64,000 bases of DNA from Nitrososphaerota archaeon (GTDB lineage Archaea; Thermoproteota; Nitrososphaeria_A; Caldarchaeales; Calditenuaceae): positions 1-64,000 of the forward strand of contig JAWBQR010000002.1 of the NCBI GenBank assembly GCA_038845265.1, in the 5' to 3' direction. This document shows positions 18,748-29,502 of the stretch, piece by piece. Under the pieces are notes generated by a model. It was not told the origin of the DNA. It worked only from the letters and a program-made list of their open reading frames with translations, and made no database searches. Position 1 is the stretch's first letter. Each line of letters starts with the position of its first letter. Position numbers and translations under genes: made by a program.

Positions 18748-20910
18748 CTATAATGCTATCAGGCCAACTAGGAACAGCGGGATAAAGACGAGGCTCAACG
18801 TGTTTAGCAGCTTGATAAGTATATGTAGACTCGGTGCATAAGTATCCTTCATCGGGTCTCCCACGGTATCTCCAACAACGGCGGCTTTATGGGAATCTGT
18901 CCCCTTCTTTCCAGTAATCTCTAAGGCCTTCTTAGCATTATCCATCGCTGCTCCTCCGTAGAAACCAACTATGGCAAGAGGTATCGCTGAAACAGTTGCA
19001 CCAATGACTAGTGCGCCCACAGACTTCCAGCCAAAGAGATATCCTATAAGTATCGGTGAGAGTGTTACAGTGAGTGTCGGCGCAATCATAAGACTTAGCG
19101 CTGTCTTGGTAGATATATCAACGCATCTTGCGTAATCAGGCTTTCCATTTCCTTCCAAGAGCCCAGGAATCTCTCTAAACTGTCTTCTAACCTCCTCTAC
19201 TATCTGGTATGCGCCTTGAGCGACAGCCTTCATTGCTTGTCCTGAGAAGAGGAAGGGGATCATCGCGCCGATAAACAGTCCCAAAATAACTGCAGGCGTG
19301 TTTAGCTGTAGCTCTTGGCTGAGGTTGGATATCTGTGTTAGTAGGGACTCGGCCTTATCAAGTGTGAGATGTGTAAGCTCTATTATGCCTGCTTGGTATC
19401 TAGCAACTTCTAGTAGGAATGCCTGGAATAGTAGCAAGGCGGCTAGGGCAGCAGACCCCATAGCGTAGGATTTGGTAAGAGCTTTTGTCGTGTTGCCTAA
19501 TGCATCTAAAGGCTCGAGCCTATCTCTAATTTCTCTTGGAGCATTTGCTAGCTCAGCAATGCCTCCAGCGTTATCAACAATTGGGCCTACACCATCCATA
19601 GTCAGTACAAATCCGGCCGTCGAGAGCAGCCCCATCGTGGCCATTGTTGTGCCATAAATGCCACTCAATAGATTATCTGTCAGACCTGCTTGTTTTCCCC
19701 ACTCAACTCCTAACACATATGAAATTATCAGTGCTACTATCACTGTAATTATTGGTAAGGCAGTAGAGATCATTCCGCTGGAGAGACCGCTTATGACGGT
19801 TATTGCCGGGCCTGACTCGCTGTTCTTTGCTATTAATTTAACATAGCTAGACTTAAGGCTAGTATAGATCTCGCTGTAAAACATGATTAGAATGCCAGTG
19901 ATTAATCCAACTATCATCGCTGCATAGAGTGGTAATCCTGCAGAGCCGAATATGTAGTTAGTTGCAAAGAACATAAGTATCGCAGCTAATATGCTAGTTA
20001 CTATTAGTCCATTCCTCAGAGGTTCGATCGCTTCTTTGAAATTGCTTTGACCAGCTGCCCAGGCTATTCCTCCCAAAGTAGCTATAACTCCAAGCGACCT
20101 AATTATCAGTGGAGTTACGACATAGAGCTCATTGACATGCTTAAAGAGAATTATTGAGACGATGAGTGCAATGATCATTCCTCCGAGGTTCTCGGCGGTC
20201 ACCGATTCGAAGAGGTCGGCACCTCTTCCAGCCTCGTCACCTACGTTATCGCCTACTTGGTCAGCTATAACGGCGGGGTTTCGGGGGTCGTCTTCAGGTA
20301 TACCGGCCTCGATTTTTCCAACTAGGTCCGCACCTATATCTGCGCTTTTAGTATATATTCCTCCTCCCAACTGAGCGAAGAGAGCGGCTAGACTAGCGCC
20401 GAATCCAAAACCTGCCAGTATCCCTGGATCCCTAAAGACGCCGTAAAGGATAGAGAGTCCAAGTAGACTCATAGCGATGACTGCCAGTCCAAGTGCAGAG
20501 CCTCCTAGGGTCGCTATGCGTAATGCTCTGCTCGAACTAATATTGGCGGCATATGTTGTTCTGACATTTGCTCTAGTCGCGGAGTCCATCGCGATATAAG
20601 CAGCAATTAGCGAGAAGGTTACTCCGAGCAGGAAGCTTCCGCCTATTCCAAGTCCGTACATGAATCCACCTATGCTGGGAAATGCGGAGAAAATTCCAAG
20701 TATTAATAAGAATAATAGGACCGAGATTATTCCTATTGTTTTGAACTGTCTCTTTAGATAGGCAGCTGATCCTGCCCTGATGGCTTTCCAGATCTCCTCG
20801 AATTCAGGAGGCCCTATCGGCTTTCGGTTTACTAGTGCAACGAATATCACAGCAGATATCGCACCAAAAAATCCGATTAATGCTGTCAGAATTATTGGGT
20901 CTATCTGCAT
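18748..20910 (-). CDS. hppA: Membrane H+-translocating pyrophosphatase, K+-independent type
   Basis: DIGADLVGKIE, EDDPRN, DNAGGIAE, GNTTKA (Lys = K+-independent signature), GDTVGDPMKD. Confidence 0.95.
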   Translation of the reverse strand: MQIDPIILTALIGFFGAISAVIFVALVNRKPIGPPEFEEIWKAIRAGSAAYLKRQFKTIGIISVLLFLLILGIFSAFPSIGGFMYGLGIGGSFLLGVTFSLIAAYIAMDSATRANVRTTYAANISSSRALRIATLGGSALGLAVIAMSLLGLSILYGVFRDPGILAGFGFGASLAALFAQLGGGIYTKSADIGADLVGKIEAGIPEDDPRNPAVIADQVGDNVGDEAGRGADLFESVTAENLGGMIIALIVSIILFKHVNELYVVTPLIIRSLGVIATLGGIAWAAGQSNFKEAIEPLRNGLIVTSILAAILMFFATNYIFGSAGLPLYAAMIVGLITGILIMFYSEIYTSLKSSYVKLIAKNSESGPAITVISGLSSGMISTALPIITVIVALIISYVLGVEWGKQAGLTDNLLSGIYGTTMATMGLLSTAGFVLTMDGVGPIVDNAGGIAELANAPREIRDRLEPLDALGNTTKALTKSYAMGSAALAALLLFQAFLLEVARYQAGIIELTHLTLDKAESLLTQISNLSQELQLNTPAVILGLFIGAMIPFLFSGQAMKAVAQGAYQIVEEVRRQFREIPGLLEGNGKPDYARCVDISTKTALSLMIAPTLTVTLSPILIGYLFGWKSVGALVIGATVSAIPLAIVGFYGGAAMDNAKKALEITGKKGTDSHKAAVVGDTVGDPMKDTYAPSLHILIKLLNTLSLVFIPLFLVGLIAL

Positions 20911-21001
20911 CTTTTATCACTCGTAAAGGTTTTATTAAATTCACGAATTAAACCTTACTTATGCATGAATGGTTACATTTTAATACAACATTACGCATTT
21001 C

Positions 21002-21976
21002 TTAAATATTCTTTATCATTAAGTCATCAATCTTGTTTTTTGCAACTAATGCGGCGCCCATGAGTGGAGATAACTCGCCATGCTTAGGGGTGATTATTTT
21101 GGGCTTTCTTACACCGAGATAATTATCAATTAATGGTATGACATTATTCTGAAAATATTTGAGATTGTTCAGAACGACGGCTCCTCCTAAGACTAAGACT
21201 TCTGGGTCGTAGCAAGTAATGACTGATGATATTCCAGCAGCATTAAAAGCCGTGACTCTATTTAGAAGCATGACTGCACCCTTATCTCCTAATTCATAGA
21301 GTCTATAAACTCCTTCAGAAGTAAGTCTCTTCTCAAGGACTAACTTTGAGAGCTCATTATCACTGTTAATTACTCCATCGTGCACTAGCTTGGCCGCGTA
21401 TTTTACTAAGTTGGCGGCTGAGCAGTATGCCTCCCAGTGTCCGAGTCCTCCACATCCACACTCCATGTATCCCGTCGGGTCTATCACGATATGTCCTACT
21501 TCTGCAGCATTGCCATCTTTTCCTATCAAGAGCTGGTCATCCACAACTGCGCCTCCCCCTATCCCACTACTTATCGTTATGTATACAAGTGACTTCACTC
21601 CTTCGCTCCTAGCTAACCACCACTCAGCATATGCAGCAGCGTTACAGTCATTAAGTAAATAGTAATCGGCATCAAGCCATTCTTTAAGAATCTTGATTAG
21701 TGGTACATTTTTAGCACCAACAGTAGGTGTCTTCGCTATTACTCCTCGCTTAAAGTCCAGCGGCCCCATCGATGCAATGCTAAAGACTCTGACATTGTTG
21801 ATGTAGTCACACATTATTTTTCTTACGTTTTCAATGATGCTTTCTGGAATTTTTTCCGGCAAAGGTTCTCTCGGCGTTGGAAATATTGATAATTTCAAAA
21901 TGTTTAAGTTTTCATCAAACAATCCTATTCTTATTTTAGATCCTCCAATATCGGCTGCAAGTATAAACTTATCCAC
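21002..21976 (-). CDS. ROK family sugar kinase (glucokinase-like)
   Basis: DIGGS, NDCNAAA, GIGGG, EVGH, CGCG..GHWE. Confidence 0.93.
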   Translation of the reverse strand: MDKFILAADIGGSKIRIGLFDENLNILKLSIFPTPREPLPEKIPESIIENVRKIMCDYINNVRVFSIASMGPLDFKRGVIAKTPTVGAKNVPLIKILKEWLDADYYLLNDCNAAAYAEWWLARSEGVKSLVYITISSGIGGGAVVDDQLLIGKDGNAAEVGHIVIDPTGYMECGCGGLGHWEAYCSAANLVKYAAKLVHDGVINSDNELSKLVLEKRLTSEGVYRLYELGDKGAVMLLNRVTAFNAAGISSVITCYDPEVLVLGGAVVLNNLKYFQNNVIPLIDNYLGVRKPKIITPKHGELSPLMGAALVAKNKIDDLMIKNI

Positions 21977-22024
21977 AATATTTTATTCGCGTTAAACTTG
22001 TTAATATCTTTATATCGATGATTC

Positions 22025-22390
22025 TTAGCCACATGAGTGTTCAATTGATAGTAAGAAAGTCTTTGATCTGTATGTGAATGAAACTGGCTCTTTGTATGGA
22101 TCAATATTGGTTCTTTCCTTTATGAACTTGATTAGTGACAATACGTCATTTCTTTTCAACACGAGTATTTCTGGCTCTGGATGCAAGAATGTATAATCAA
22201 TCGGGAATCTTTTTAGTAGAGTCTCAGATTTGCATATTTTTTCATATGCCCTCTGCACTGCATCTAGTATTCCATATGTTGCTGCCTCGTTATCGCTTAG
22301 TGTGAACTGTGGGTCAACATCTACTGCTCCAACTATCTTGATTCTAATCTGCTCAGGCATTACTGAGACATAGTTTTGCTCGTCAACCAT
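22025..22390 (-). CDS. Hypothetical protein
   Basis: 121-aa ORF filling the gap between ROK and Mo-oxidoreductase genes. Confidence 0.6.
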   Translation of the reverse strand: MVDEQNYVSVMPEQIRIKIVGAVDVDPQFTLSDNEAATYGILDAVQRAYEKICKSETLLKRFPIDYTFLHPEPEILVLKRNDVLSLIKFIKERTNIDPYKEPVSFTYRSKTFLLSIEHSCG

Positions 22391-22461
22391 CAGTAAGAAA
22401 AATAGGTCATCTATATATCAACTATACGTAGGATGACAAAAGTTATGGCTTAGAACTATTA

Positions 22462-23085
22462 ATGGGCATGTGGGGATATATGGCGCAAGTGAAGGACGCA
22501 AATACGCCCCCGGGTCAATACTTTGTAAAAGACTTTATAGTATATGCTGAACTAGGAATACCCCAAATCGATATTGAGCATTATAGACTAAGAATAACAG
22601 GGCTCGTCGAGAGGATAGTTGAGTATAGCTATGACGAGCTTCTGAGGCTTCCACAGATAAGCATAGTCGCTGACTCTCACTGCGTAACTAAGTGGTCTGT
22701 AAAGAATGTCACTTGGGAAGGAGTTCCAATAAAAATACTTGCAGAAAAGGCAGGAGTTAAGCCTACTGCTAAATGGGTGATGTTTCATTGCTTAGATGGC
22801 TACACAACTCCAGTTCCAATAGAGGATGCACTGGTAGATAATGCCATAATAGCGCTCAAGATAAATGGCCGCCCACTTAAGCTTGAAAATGGATGGCCAG
22901 CAAGACCATTTATTCCCCATCTCTATTTATGGAAAAGCGCCAAGTGGTTGAGCGTCATTGAATTCATTGAGAAATATGTGGATGGATACTGGGAAGCTCG
23001 AGGATATCACGAGAGGGGCAATGTATGGCTCGAAGAGCGTTTTAAGAATACTTCCGGAAAGCATCACACACGAAAACCACTATGA
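22462..23085 (+). CDS. Sulfite oxidase-like molybdopterin-binding oxidoreductase
   Basis: PPGQ, HCVTKWS, GWPAR, WKSAKW, GYWE.RGYH. Confidence 0.93.
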   Translation: MGMWGYMAQVKDANTPPGQYFVKDFIVYAELGIPQIDIEHYRLRITGLVERIVEYSYDELLRLPQISIVADSHCVTKWSVKNVTWEGVPIKILAEKAGVKPTAKWVMFHCLDGYTTPVPIEDALVDNAIIALKINGRPLKLENGWPARPFIPHLYLWKSAKWLSVIEFIEKYVDGYWEARGYHERGNVWLEERFKNTSGKHHTRKPL

Positions 23086-23141
23086 ATTCTACTCTCTCCG
23101 CAATGCATAAATTAATAAATCAAATTAATATTTAATCAGTC

Positions 23142-24215
23142 ATGATAAGTTTTCAGAAGACAGTTAGGCATGCACGGATATTGAGTCCACTTAAAAATTT
23201 TGCAGAGACTATTATAGAATTCGAATATCGACAGGACCCATTGACCGGTAGAAATACTACAGTGATTAAAGGAATGCTGGAATATATCAAGAGATTCTTG
23301 AAGACAGACGAATCTCTTCTCGACTCCCTAGTCGGGTCCACGAGGATTAACTGTCCGTTCTGTCCAGAAAACATCAAGAGCAAGACTCCAATGTTTACAC
23401 AAGATTTAGTACCCGAGGGAAGAATTGAATATGGAGACGTAATGATCGTGCCAAATCTAGTGGGGCATGCTGAGAGAAGCGTATTAGCTATACTCTCAAA
23501 GGAGCATCACTTAAAGCTAAGTGAATTTACGCCAAAAATATTCCTAGAGGCATTTACGGCCGGACTAATTTATCTGAGGAGGCTCTTTGAGCACGAACCA
23601 AATGAACGATTTCCAGTATTCATAATAAATTATCTGCCTCCGGCCGGCTCGTCGATAGTCCACCCACACATGCAGATACTCGTAAGAGAATCACCGTTTT
23701 TCTTAGTCAAGCTACTACTAGAGAAGAGCGAGGAGTATTATCTCAGATCTGGTAGTAGCTATTGGTCTAATCTGCTTAATATCGAGAAGAGCGGTGAAAG
23801 ATACTTATTTTCTGAGAATGGTGTCGAGTGGATGGTGCCTTTTGCTCCATTAAGAGGTATAGCTGAGGTTCAAGCAATCATACCTGGGCGTTCAAACCTG
23901 CTAGAGTTAAGAAATGAGGAAATTCAAGGAATTGCATCAGGATTATCTAAAATTCTAAAATTTTATCATCATGAATCATTGTTATGCTTTAATGTCATCC
24001 TGATCTCGGGCCCATTAGACAGGCATTTAGAATACTTCGACGTTAACCTCAGAATCATGGCCAGGCCTGGCCTGCAGGGCATTGGCTTTACTGATGCCTG
24101 GGCATTACCGTACTTTTTATGGGACGGAGAGGCAGTAGAAGAGCCTGAGAAGCTAGCAGAACGAATCAAGACGTTTCTCTCCGAGGATGAGAATACACTT
24201 AAATCAGGAATATGA
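23142..24215 (+). CDS. GalT-like HIT-family nucleotidyltransferase
   Basis: RQDPLTG, CPFCP, AGSSIVHPHMQ. Confidence 0.85.
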   Translation: MISFQKTVRHARILSPLKNFAETIIEFEYRQDPLTGRNTTVIKGMLEYIKRFLKTDESLLDSLVGSTRINCPFCPENIKSKTPMFTQDLVPEGRIEYGDVMIVPNLVGHAERSVLAILSKEHHLKLSEFTPKIFLEAFTAGLIYLRRLFEHEPNERFPVFIINYLPPAGSSIVHPHMQILVRESPFFLVKLLLEKSEEYYLRSGSSYWSNLLNIEKSGERYLFSENGVEWMVPFAPLRGIAEVQAIIPGRSNLLELRNEEIQGIASGLSKILKFYHHESLLCFNVILISGPLDRHLEYFDVNLRIMARPGLQGIGFTDAWALPYFLWDGEAVEEPEKLAERIKTFLSEDENTLKSGI

Positions 24216-24454
24216 GTAGGTTTAACAGTATGTCAATGAAGCCTGTCAAGAAGCATAGGGTCCCAATGCATAAGCACTGCCCCATATGTGGCACCTCCAT
24301 GCCTCCTGACGCAGAGTTCTGCTCAGATGAATGTAAGGACAAATACCTACAGAAAATGAAGCGCGATAGAAAGATGAGGATATTTTTCCTGTTATTCTAC
24401 GCAGTAATGATGGCCGTGCTCTTTATCTTCCTTCTCTGGAGGCCTAGTCAATAA
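24212..24454 (+). CDS. DUF2116-like Zn-ribbon membrane protein
   Basis: HKHCPICG..FCSDEC + C-terminal TM. Confidence 0.85.
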   Translation: MSRFNSMSMKPVKKHRVPMHKHCPICGTSMPPDAEFCSDECKDKYLQKMKRDRKMRIFFLLFYAVMMAVLFIFLLWRPSQ

Positions 24455-24499
24455 TTTCAGTGAATAAATATATTGATATTATTGTGCAATGAATTATTG

Positions 24500-25429
24500 A
24501 TGAAGAAAATATCCTTCAGGGACGTGGGTCTAAGATATACCTTTTCACCCAACGTAGAACCTGTAGCAAGAGTAGTACCTGGTGAGTCTCTAGTCTTAGA
24601 AATTCAGGATGCATCTAGTGGACAGGTAAGAAGAAAGGAAGACGTTAGAGATAAATCAAAAATTCCATTTGCCAATCCAGTCGTTGGTCCTATCTATATT
24701 GAGAATGCTGAACCCGGAGACACCGTATCTATATTCATCCAAAATATTAAACCACTAGAAGGTATGGGAGCAGTCTACTTCTTGGACAGTCTTGAATCGT
24801 ATCTCACTGGAGTATCGCTGAGCAAGTTTTTTCAGAATTCATTAAACTTTAAAACGGTAATCTGTGATATAAGGAATGGTTTTGTTGAGTTGCTCGATGG
24901 GATAAAAATTCCTTATAAGCCGATGCTTGGAACGATTGCAGTAGCTCCTCACCCGGAGATTGAATCAATCTCTACATTTAAGAATCCAGGACCGCATGGT
25001 GGAAACATGGATCTCCCCGATATTGGTCCTGGAAGCAGAGTATTTCTACCTGTCTATCACAGTGGTGGACTAGTATATCTTGGCGATGCACATGCGGCAC
25101 AGGGAGACGGTGAAATCTTCGGTGTCGCGATAGAGATGCCTGCAGAAGTAATTGTAAAATTTGAGTTACATAAAGGAAGAAAAATCGAGTGGCCGAGAAT
25201 TGAGACAGACGAGGAATTAATAACTGTAGTTTCAGCCTCGGGTGGAAGAGAAATTAAAGATGCAATCGTTGAGGCCTATTTACAACTTGCCCTTTGGATA
25301 GAGGAGAGATATAATCTTGATAGACACGATACCTTAGTAATACTTGGACAGACTGGAAAGATAAGGATAGGAAATCTCTGGACTGCCGCGGCAAAGATAT
25401 CTAAAAGGTTACTAGACGGCATATATTGA
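24500..25429 (+). CDS. Acetamidase/formamidase family protein
   Basis: NPVVGPIY, HGGNMD, GDAHAAQGDGE; ATG 24500 chosen as start. Confidence 0.92.
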   Translation: MKKISFRDVGLRYTFSPNVEPVARVVPGESLVLEIQDASSGQVRRKEDVRDKSKIPFANPVVGPIYIENAEPGDTVSIFIQNIKPLEGMGAVYFLDSLESYLTGVSLSKFFQNSLNFKTVICDIRNGFVELLDGIKIPYKPMLGTIAVAPHPEIESISTFKNPGPHGGNMDLPDIGPGSRVFLPVYHSGGLVYLGDAHAAQGDGEIFGVAIEMPAEVIVKFELHKGRKIEWPRIETDEELITVVSASGGREIKDAIVEAYLQLALWIEERYNLDRHDTLVILGQTGKIRIGNLWTAAAKISKRLLDGIY

Positions 25430-25500
25430 AGGAATAGGTGAAGAGGTAGAATGTGTGTCAAGAATCAATAAATTAATATTACGATTTTTCTGTATTTTAT

Positions 25501-26016
25501 ATGATGAGCATATCGGATATTATTAGGACCAAGAGGGATGTGAGGGAGTTCAGTGACCGTCCTGTCAGTAGGGAAGATAAATTGGCCATACTTGAGGCTG
25601 CAAGGATGGCTGGCAGCGGCCTTAACAGTCAGCATTGGAGATTCATACTTATTGATGATAAATCAGAGCTTGAGACGCTAGCAAGATTAAGCACCACTGG
25701 AGACTGGATCGCCGGTGCAAACTTTGCAGTTATAATTTTAACTGAAAAGAATAGGCCGTATCACGCATTGGATGCTGGGAGAGCGCTGACAAATATGCAG
25801 CTCGAGGCATGGAGCAGAGGAATAGTTTCCTGCATTTATACTGGTTTTAAGGAGGCCGAGATGAGGAAGAGATACAATATTCCCGACAAATACTCAATAG
25901 ACGTAGTGGTCGGTTTTGGTTATCCGGATAAAAAAATACTGGGGAAGAAGCGTAGAAAACCATTAGAGGAGCTTGCATACAGTAATAAGTTTGGTCAACC
26001 ACTTAACATCAAGTAG
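25501..26016 (+). CDS. Nitroreductase family protein
   Basis: KRDVREF, AARMAGSGLNSQHW, GFGYP. Confidence 0.92.
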   Translation: MMSISDIIRTKRDVREFSDRPVSREDKLAILEAARMAGSGLNSQHWRFILIDDKSELETLARLSTTGDWIAGANFAVIILTEKNRPYHALDAGRALTNMQLEAWSRGIVSCIYTGFKEAEMRKRYNIPDKYSIDVVVGFGYPDKKILGKKRRKPLEELAYSNKFGQPLNIK

Positions 26017-26019
26017 ACA

Positions 26020-27621
26020 ATGCCCAGGGGAAACGATGAAAATACTGATCCGATTAGGGCAAATAAATATTTAGAGGAATTTATTGAGAATCTTAAAACA
26101 AATAATGATTTAGGACGACTAAAGCTTGAACTTGCAAAGGTTCTTAAGATAAAGACTATACCGTCCAACATACAACTGATCAGCGAGCTTAGAAAGAGAG
26201 GAATAGATGATCATTTAGTTTCTAAACTTAGGAAAAAACCGGTGAAAACTAGGGCTGGTGTGACCGTTATTACGGTCGTTGCACCGTTGTTCAACTGTCC
26301 TCATGGAAGATGTATATACTGCCCCGGAGGAGGATCAACAGGTATTCCTCGTAGCTATTCTGGGAAAGAACTCCAGATAATGTCTGCCCGCGAGTTAGAC
26401 TATGACGCCGAGAAACAAGTACAAAGATGTATAGAGAGGCTCACTGCAATGGGGCACTCGGTGGATAAGGTAGAGTTAATAATCATTGGCGGTACCTTCA
26501 CGGCCTCTCCGATAGAATTTCAGAGAGAGATAATTAAGTCGGCCCTAGATGGACTGCATGGACAATCATCCAGTAGTCTCGAAGAGGCGATACACAGAGC
26601 TGAGAAGACGCGTCCATATGTTTCAGGAATAACAATTGAAACAAGGCCAGACTGGGTGTCTGATAAGGAGGCTGATGCTTTATTATCAATGGGGGTTACG
26701 AGGGTCGAACTAGGAGTTCAGGCACTTGACGATGAGATCTACAAAATAATCAATAGAGGCCATACTGTCGATGATGTAGCACGGGCAACGCGAATCCTTA
26801 GGGATCGAGCTTTTAAGATTTGTTATCACTTAATGCCCGGACTGCCAGGCTCTTCGCCGGAAAAAGATATAGAAATGTATAGGCAGGTCTTTAGTGATCC
26901 GCGTTTTAGGCCTGACATGGTTAAGATTTATCCCTTGATGGTATTGCCGGATACTCCTCTTTATGATTTGTGGAAAAGGAGAGAGTATACGTCATATCCA
27001 CTAGAAGTCCTTACAGAAGTTCTGGTAAAATGGCTAGAATTAACGCCTCCATATGTAAGGATTCAGAGAATTAGGAGAGAGATACCTGCAAGTGAAGCTG
27101 TTGACGGAAAATATCCAGGGAACCTCAGAGAATTAGTGGAGCAAGAATTAGAGAGAAGGGGAATGAAATGTAGGTGTATTAGATGTAGAGAAGTAGGAAA
27201 TCCCAAATTGGCAAAACGATTTAGAGAAGTGATGAATAAGATGCGGATATTAGAGACATGGTACGAAACTGATGGGGGACAGGAGGTCTTTATCTCATAC
27301 GAAACCCCTGACAGAGCAGTCCTCTCTGCACTACTCCGTCTCCGTCTTCCGTACAGATCGGCAACTCAACTAACAGAAAATTCAGCGCTTGTAAGGGAGC
27401 TCCATGTTTATGGGCGGATGGTGCCTGTTGGTCATCTTGGTGAAGAGAGAGACGCTTGGCAGCATAGAGGCATAGGTTCAATGTTGCTGAGGAGAGCTGA
27501 GGAAATAGCCATTGAAAATGGCTATAGACGAATTATAGTGATTAGTGGGATAGGAGTAAAACAGTACTATACAAGACATGGATACCATCCTCACGGTCCA
27601 TACATGGCGAAAAATCTATAA
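26020..27621 (+). CDS. elp3: Elp3 tRNA U34 carboxymethyltransferase (radical SAM + KAT)
   Basis: CPHGRCIYCPGG, ETRPD, RELHVYG, QHRGIG, VISGIG. Confidence 0.96.
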   Translation: MPRGNDENTDPIRANKYLEEFIENLKTNNDLGRLKLELAKVLKIKTIPSNIQLISELRKRGIDDHLVSKLRKKPVKTRAGVTVITVVAPLFNCPHGRCIYCPGGGSTGIPRSYSGKELQIMSARELDYDAEKQVQRCIERLTAMGHSVDKVELIIIGGTFTASPIEFQREIIKSALDGLHGQSSSSLEEAIHRAEKTRPYVSGITIETRPDWVSDKEADALLSMGVTRVELGVQALDDEIYKIINRGHTVDDVARATRILRDRAFKICYHLMPGLPGSSPEKDIEMYRQVFSDPRFRPDMVKIYPLMVLPDTPLYDLWKRREYTSYPLEVLTEVLVKWLELTPPYVRIQRIRREIPASEAVDGKYPGNLRELVEQELERRGMKCRCIRCREVGNPKLAKRFREVMNKMRILETWYETDGGQEVFISYETPDRAVLSALLRLRLPYRSATQLTENSALVRELHVYGRMVPVGHLGEERDAWQHRGIGSMLLRRAEEIAIENGYRRIIVISGIGVKQYYTRHGYHPHGPYMAKNL

Positions 27622-27688
27622 CATATCACTCAATCATTTTCCAGCAGTATAGAAATTACGTTTAAATCTATGCTGCATTTGTAGAGAT

Positions 27689-28651
27689 ATGGCTATGAAG
27701 TCTAAGCTAAAGATTTTTCATGCCAGTGATGTACATGGCTCAGAAAAATGCTTTAGAAAATTTCTAAATGTTCCCAAAGTATATGGCGTCGACGTCATAA
27801 TAATGGGGGGAGACATAACGGGAAAGATGCTTGTGCCAATAGTAGAGCAGGGAGATGGCTCATATAAGACGGAGTACATGGGAAGTGATCTTGTATTAAA
27901 ATCTCAAGACGAAGTAGAAAAAATTACAAAACTTATAGCTGATGCAGGCGGATATCCATATATATGCACTGTGGATGAGTATGACAAGCTAAAGAATGAT
28001 CCAGCCTATCTTGACAGAATATTCAAGAATCAGATTGTTAAGAGAGTGGAGGAGTGGGTTAATCTGGCTGAGGAGCGGCTAAAGAGCTCAGGCGTTGAGG
28101 TCTACATAATGCCTGGGAATGATGATTACCCGGAGATTGATGAGGCTTTAAACAAGTCGGAATTCGTCATAAATCCCGATGGAAAACTCGTAGTGATTGG
28201 TGGTAGATATGAGATGATTAGTACTGGATATGTCAATATTACTCCTTGGAAAGCTCCGCGAGATATACCTGATGAGAAGCTTGAAGAAATACTAGAAGGG
28301 CTGGCCACACAGCTAAAGAGGCCAGGCGACTCGATATTTAGTCTACATGCACCACCATATAATACTCCTATTGACCTCGCTCCACTGCTCGATAATACAC
28401 TAAAGCCCGTATTAGCCAGTGGCGAACTAGTTATGACACATGTTGGAAGCATTGCTGTCAGGAAGTTGATAGAAAAGTATCAGCCCCTCCTAGGATTACA
28501 TGGACACATACATGAATCAAAAGGCATGGTCAAGATTGGCAGGACAATTTGTTTAAATGCAGGCAGCGATTATCTTGCAGGAAACCTACAGGGAGCAATA
28601 GTAACATTAGAGGATGGAAAAGTAAAAAGTTATATGTTTACCATTGGATAG
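27689..28651 (+). CDS. Icc-like metallophosphoesterase
   Basis: ASDVHG, GGD, PGNDD, HAPP, GHIHE. Confidence 0.9.
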   Translation: MAMKSKLKIFHASDVHGSEKCFRKFLNVPKVYGVDVIIMGGDITGKMLVPIVEQGDGSYKTEYMGSDLVLKSQDEVEKITKLIADAGGYPYICTVDEYDKLKNDPAYLDRIFKNQIVKRVEEWVNLAEERLKSSGVEVYIMPGNDDYPEIDEALNKSEFVINPDGKLVVIGGRYEMISTGYVNITPWKAPRDIPDEKLEEILEGLATQLKRPGDSIFSLHAPPYNTPIDLAPLLDNTLKPVLASGELVMTHVGSIAVRKLIEKYQPLLGLHGHIHESKGMVKIGRTICLNAGSDYLAGNLQGAIVTLEDGKVKSYMFTIG

Positions 28652-28659
28652 AATTATTA

Positions 28660-29409
28660 TCACCTTAAAGGTTCCTCAGGTATCTCATACCACCTAACTT
28701 TTTCACCAATCTTCGCTCTCATTTTCCACTTCATCGATTTTGGCTCCGCATCAATAACTGATCTAATTTTTTCTATCCTCGAGACAATTGTGTTTCTGTG
28801 CTGCTCGTTGATTGGAGCTTTTTTAGTCCAATCGAGAACTTTGTCAAACGTCATTTTGATCGTCTTTTCTAAGCCCCAATCATTTGAGCAGAGCTTAGCG
28901 ATGTATTTGACATTTATACGATCCTCTTCATCTTTATCGCTGAGCTCATGGTCTATTAATAAGACCGCTAAATCTTTTATGTCTTTTTCAGTTAATTCAA
29001 CTATCTGCAGCTTGGTAAGCAGCAGGTCTGCAAGGGGTATTGTAACATTGTCTATTCTTAATCTCTCTCTTAGATCAATTTTATGACACATCTCGAAGTA
29101 ATCAAGCAGGAAATCAATTCTTGAGCCGTTAGACTCGTCATAATACAGGAGTCTCCTCTCTCCATGTAGTGCGTTGAACCTCTCATGGGGGATATAGCCG
29201 AGATTATTCATGACGTTTTTAATGATTTTTGTCTGCGAACTTAGTCCAAAGAAATCAATGTCGCCGTAAGTTCTCGCAAAGCTTTCATTTATTGCTGATG
29301 GAGAATGATAATAGATTGCGAGTCCTCCTATGAGTCTGATAGTGGCTCCTCTTTTTTCTCCTTCTGCAACGATTTTTAGGGCCTTTTCTAAGTTATCCAT
29401 TCTTCTCAT
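28660..29409 (-). CDS. Pol-beta superfamily nucleotidyltransferase-like protein
   Basis: IGGLA...DID motif, DLLLTKL..KDIKD helix. Confidence 0.7.
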   Translation of the reverse strand: MRRMDNLEKALKIVAEGEKRGATIRLIGGLAIYYHSPSAINESFARTYGDIDFFGLSSQTKIIKNVMNNLGYIPHERFNALHGERRLLYYDESNGSRIDFLLDYFEMCHKIDLRERLRIDNVTIPLADLLLTKLQIVELTEKDIKDLAVLLIDHELSDKDEEDRINVKYIAKLCSNDWGLEKTIKMTFDKVLDWTKKAPINEQHRNTIVSRIEKIRSVIDAEPKSMKWKMRAKIGEKVRWYEIPEEPLR

Positions 29410-29502
29410 GAGTCAATTCCCTAAAGTAATACTAATACATTAATTTTGAGTTATAAATGCATTAAATAATATTTATATTGGGATTAAATTATGTAGGACG
29501 TT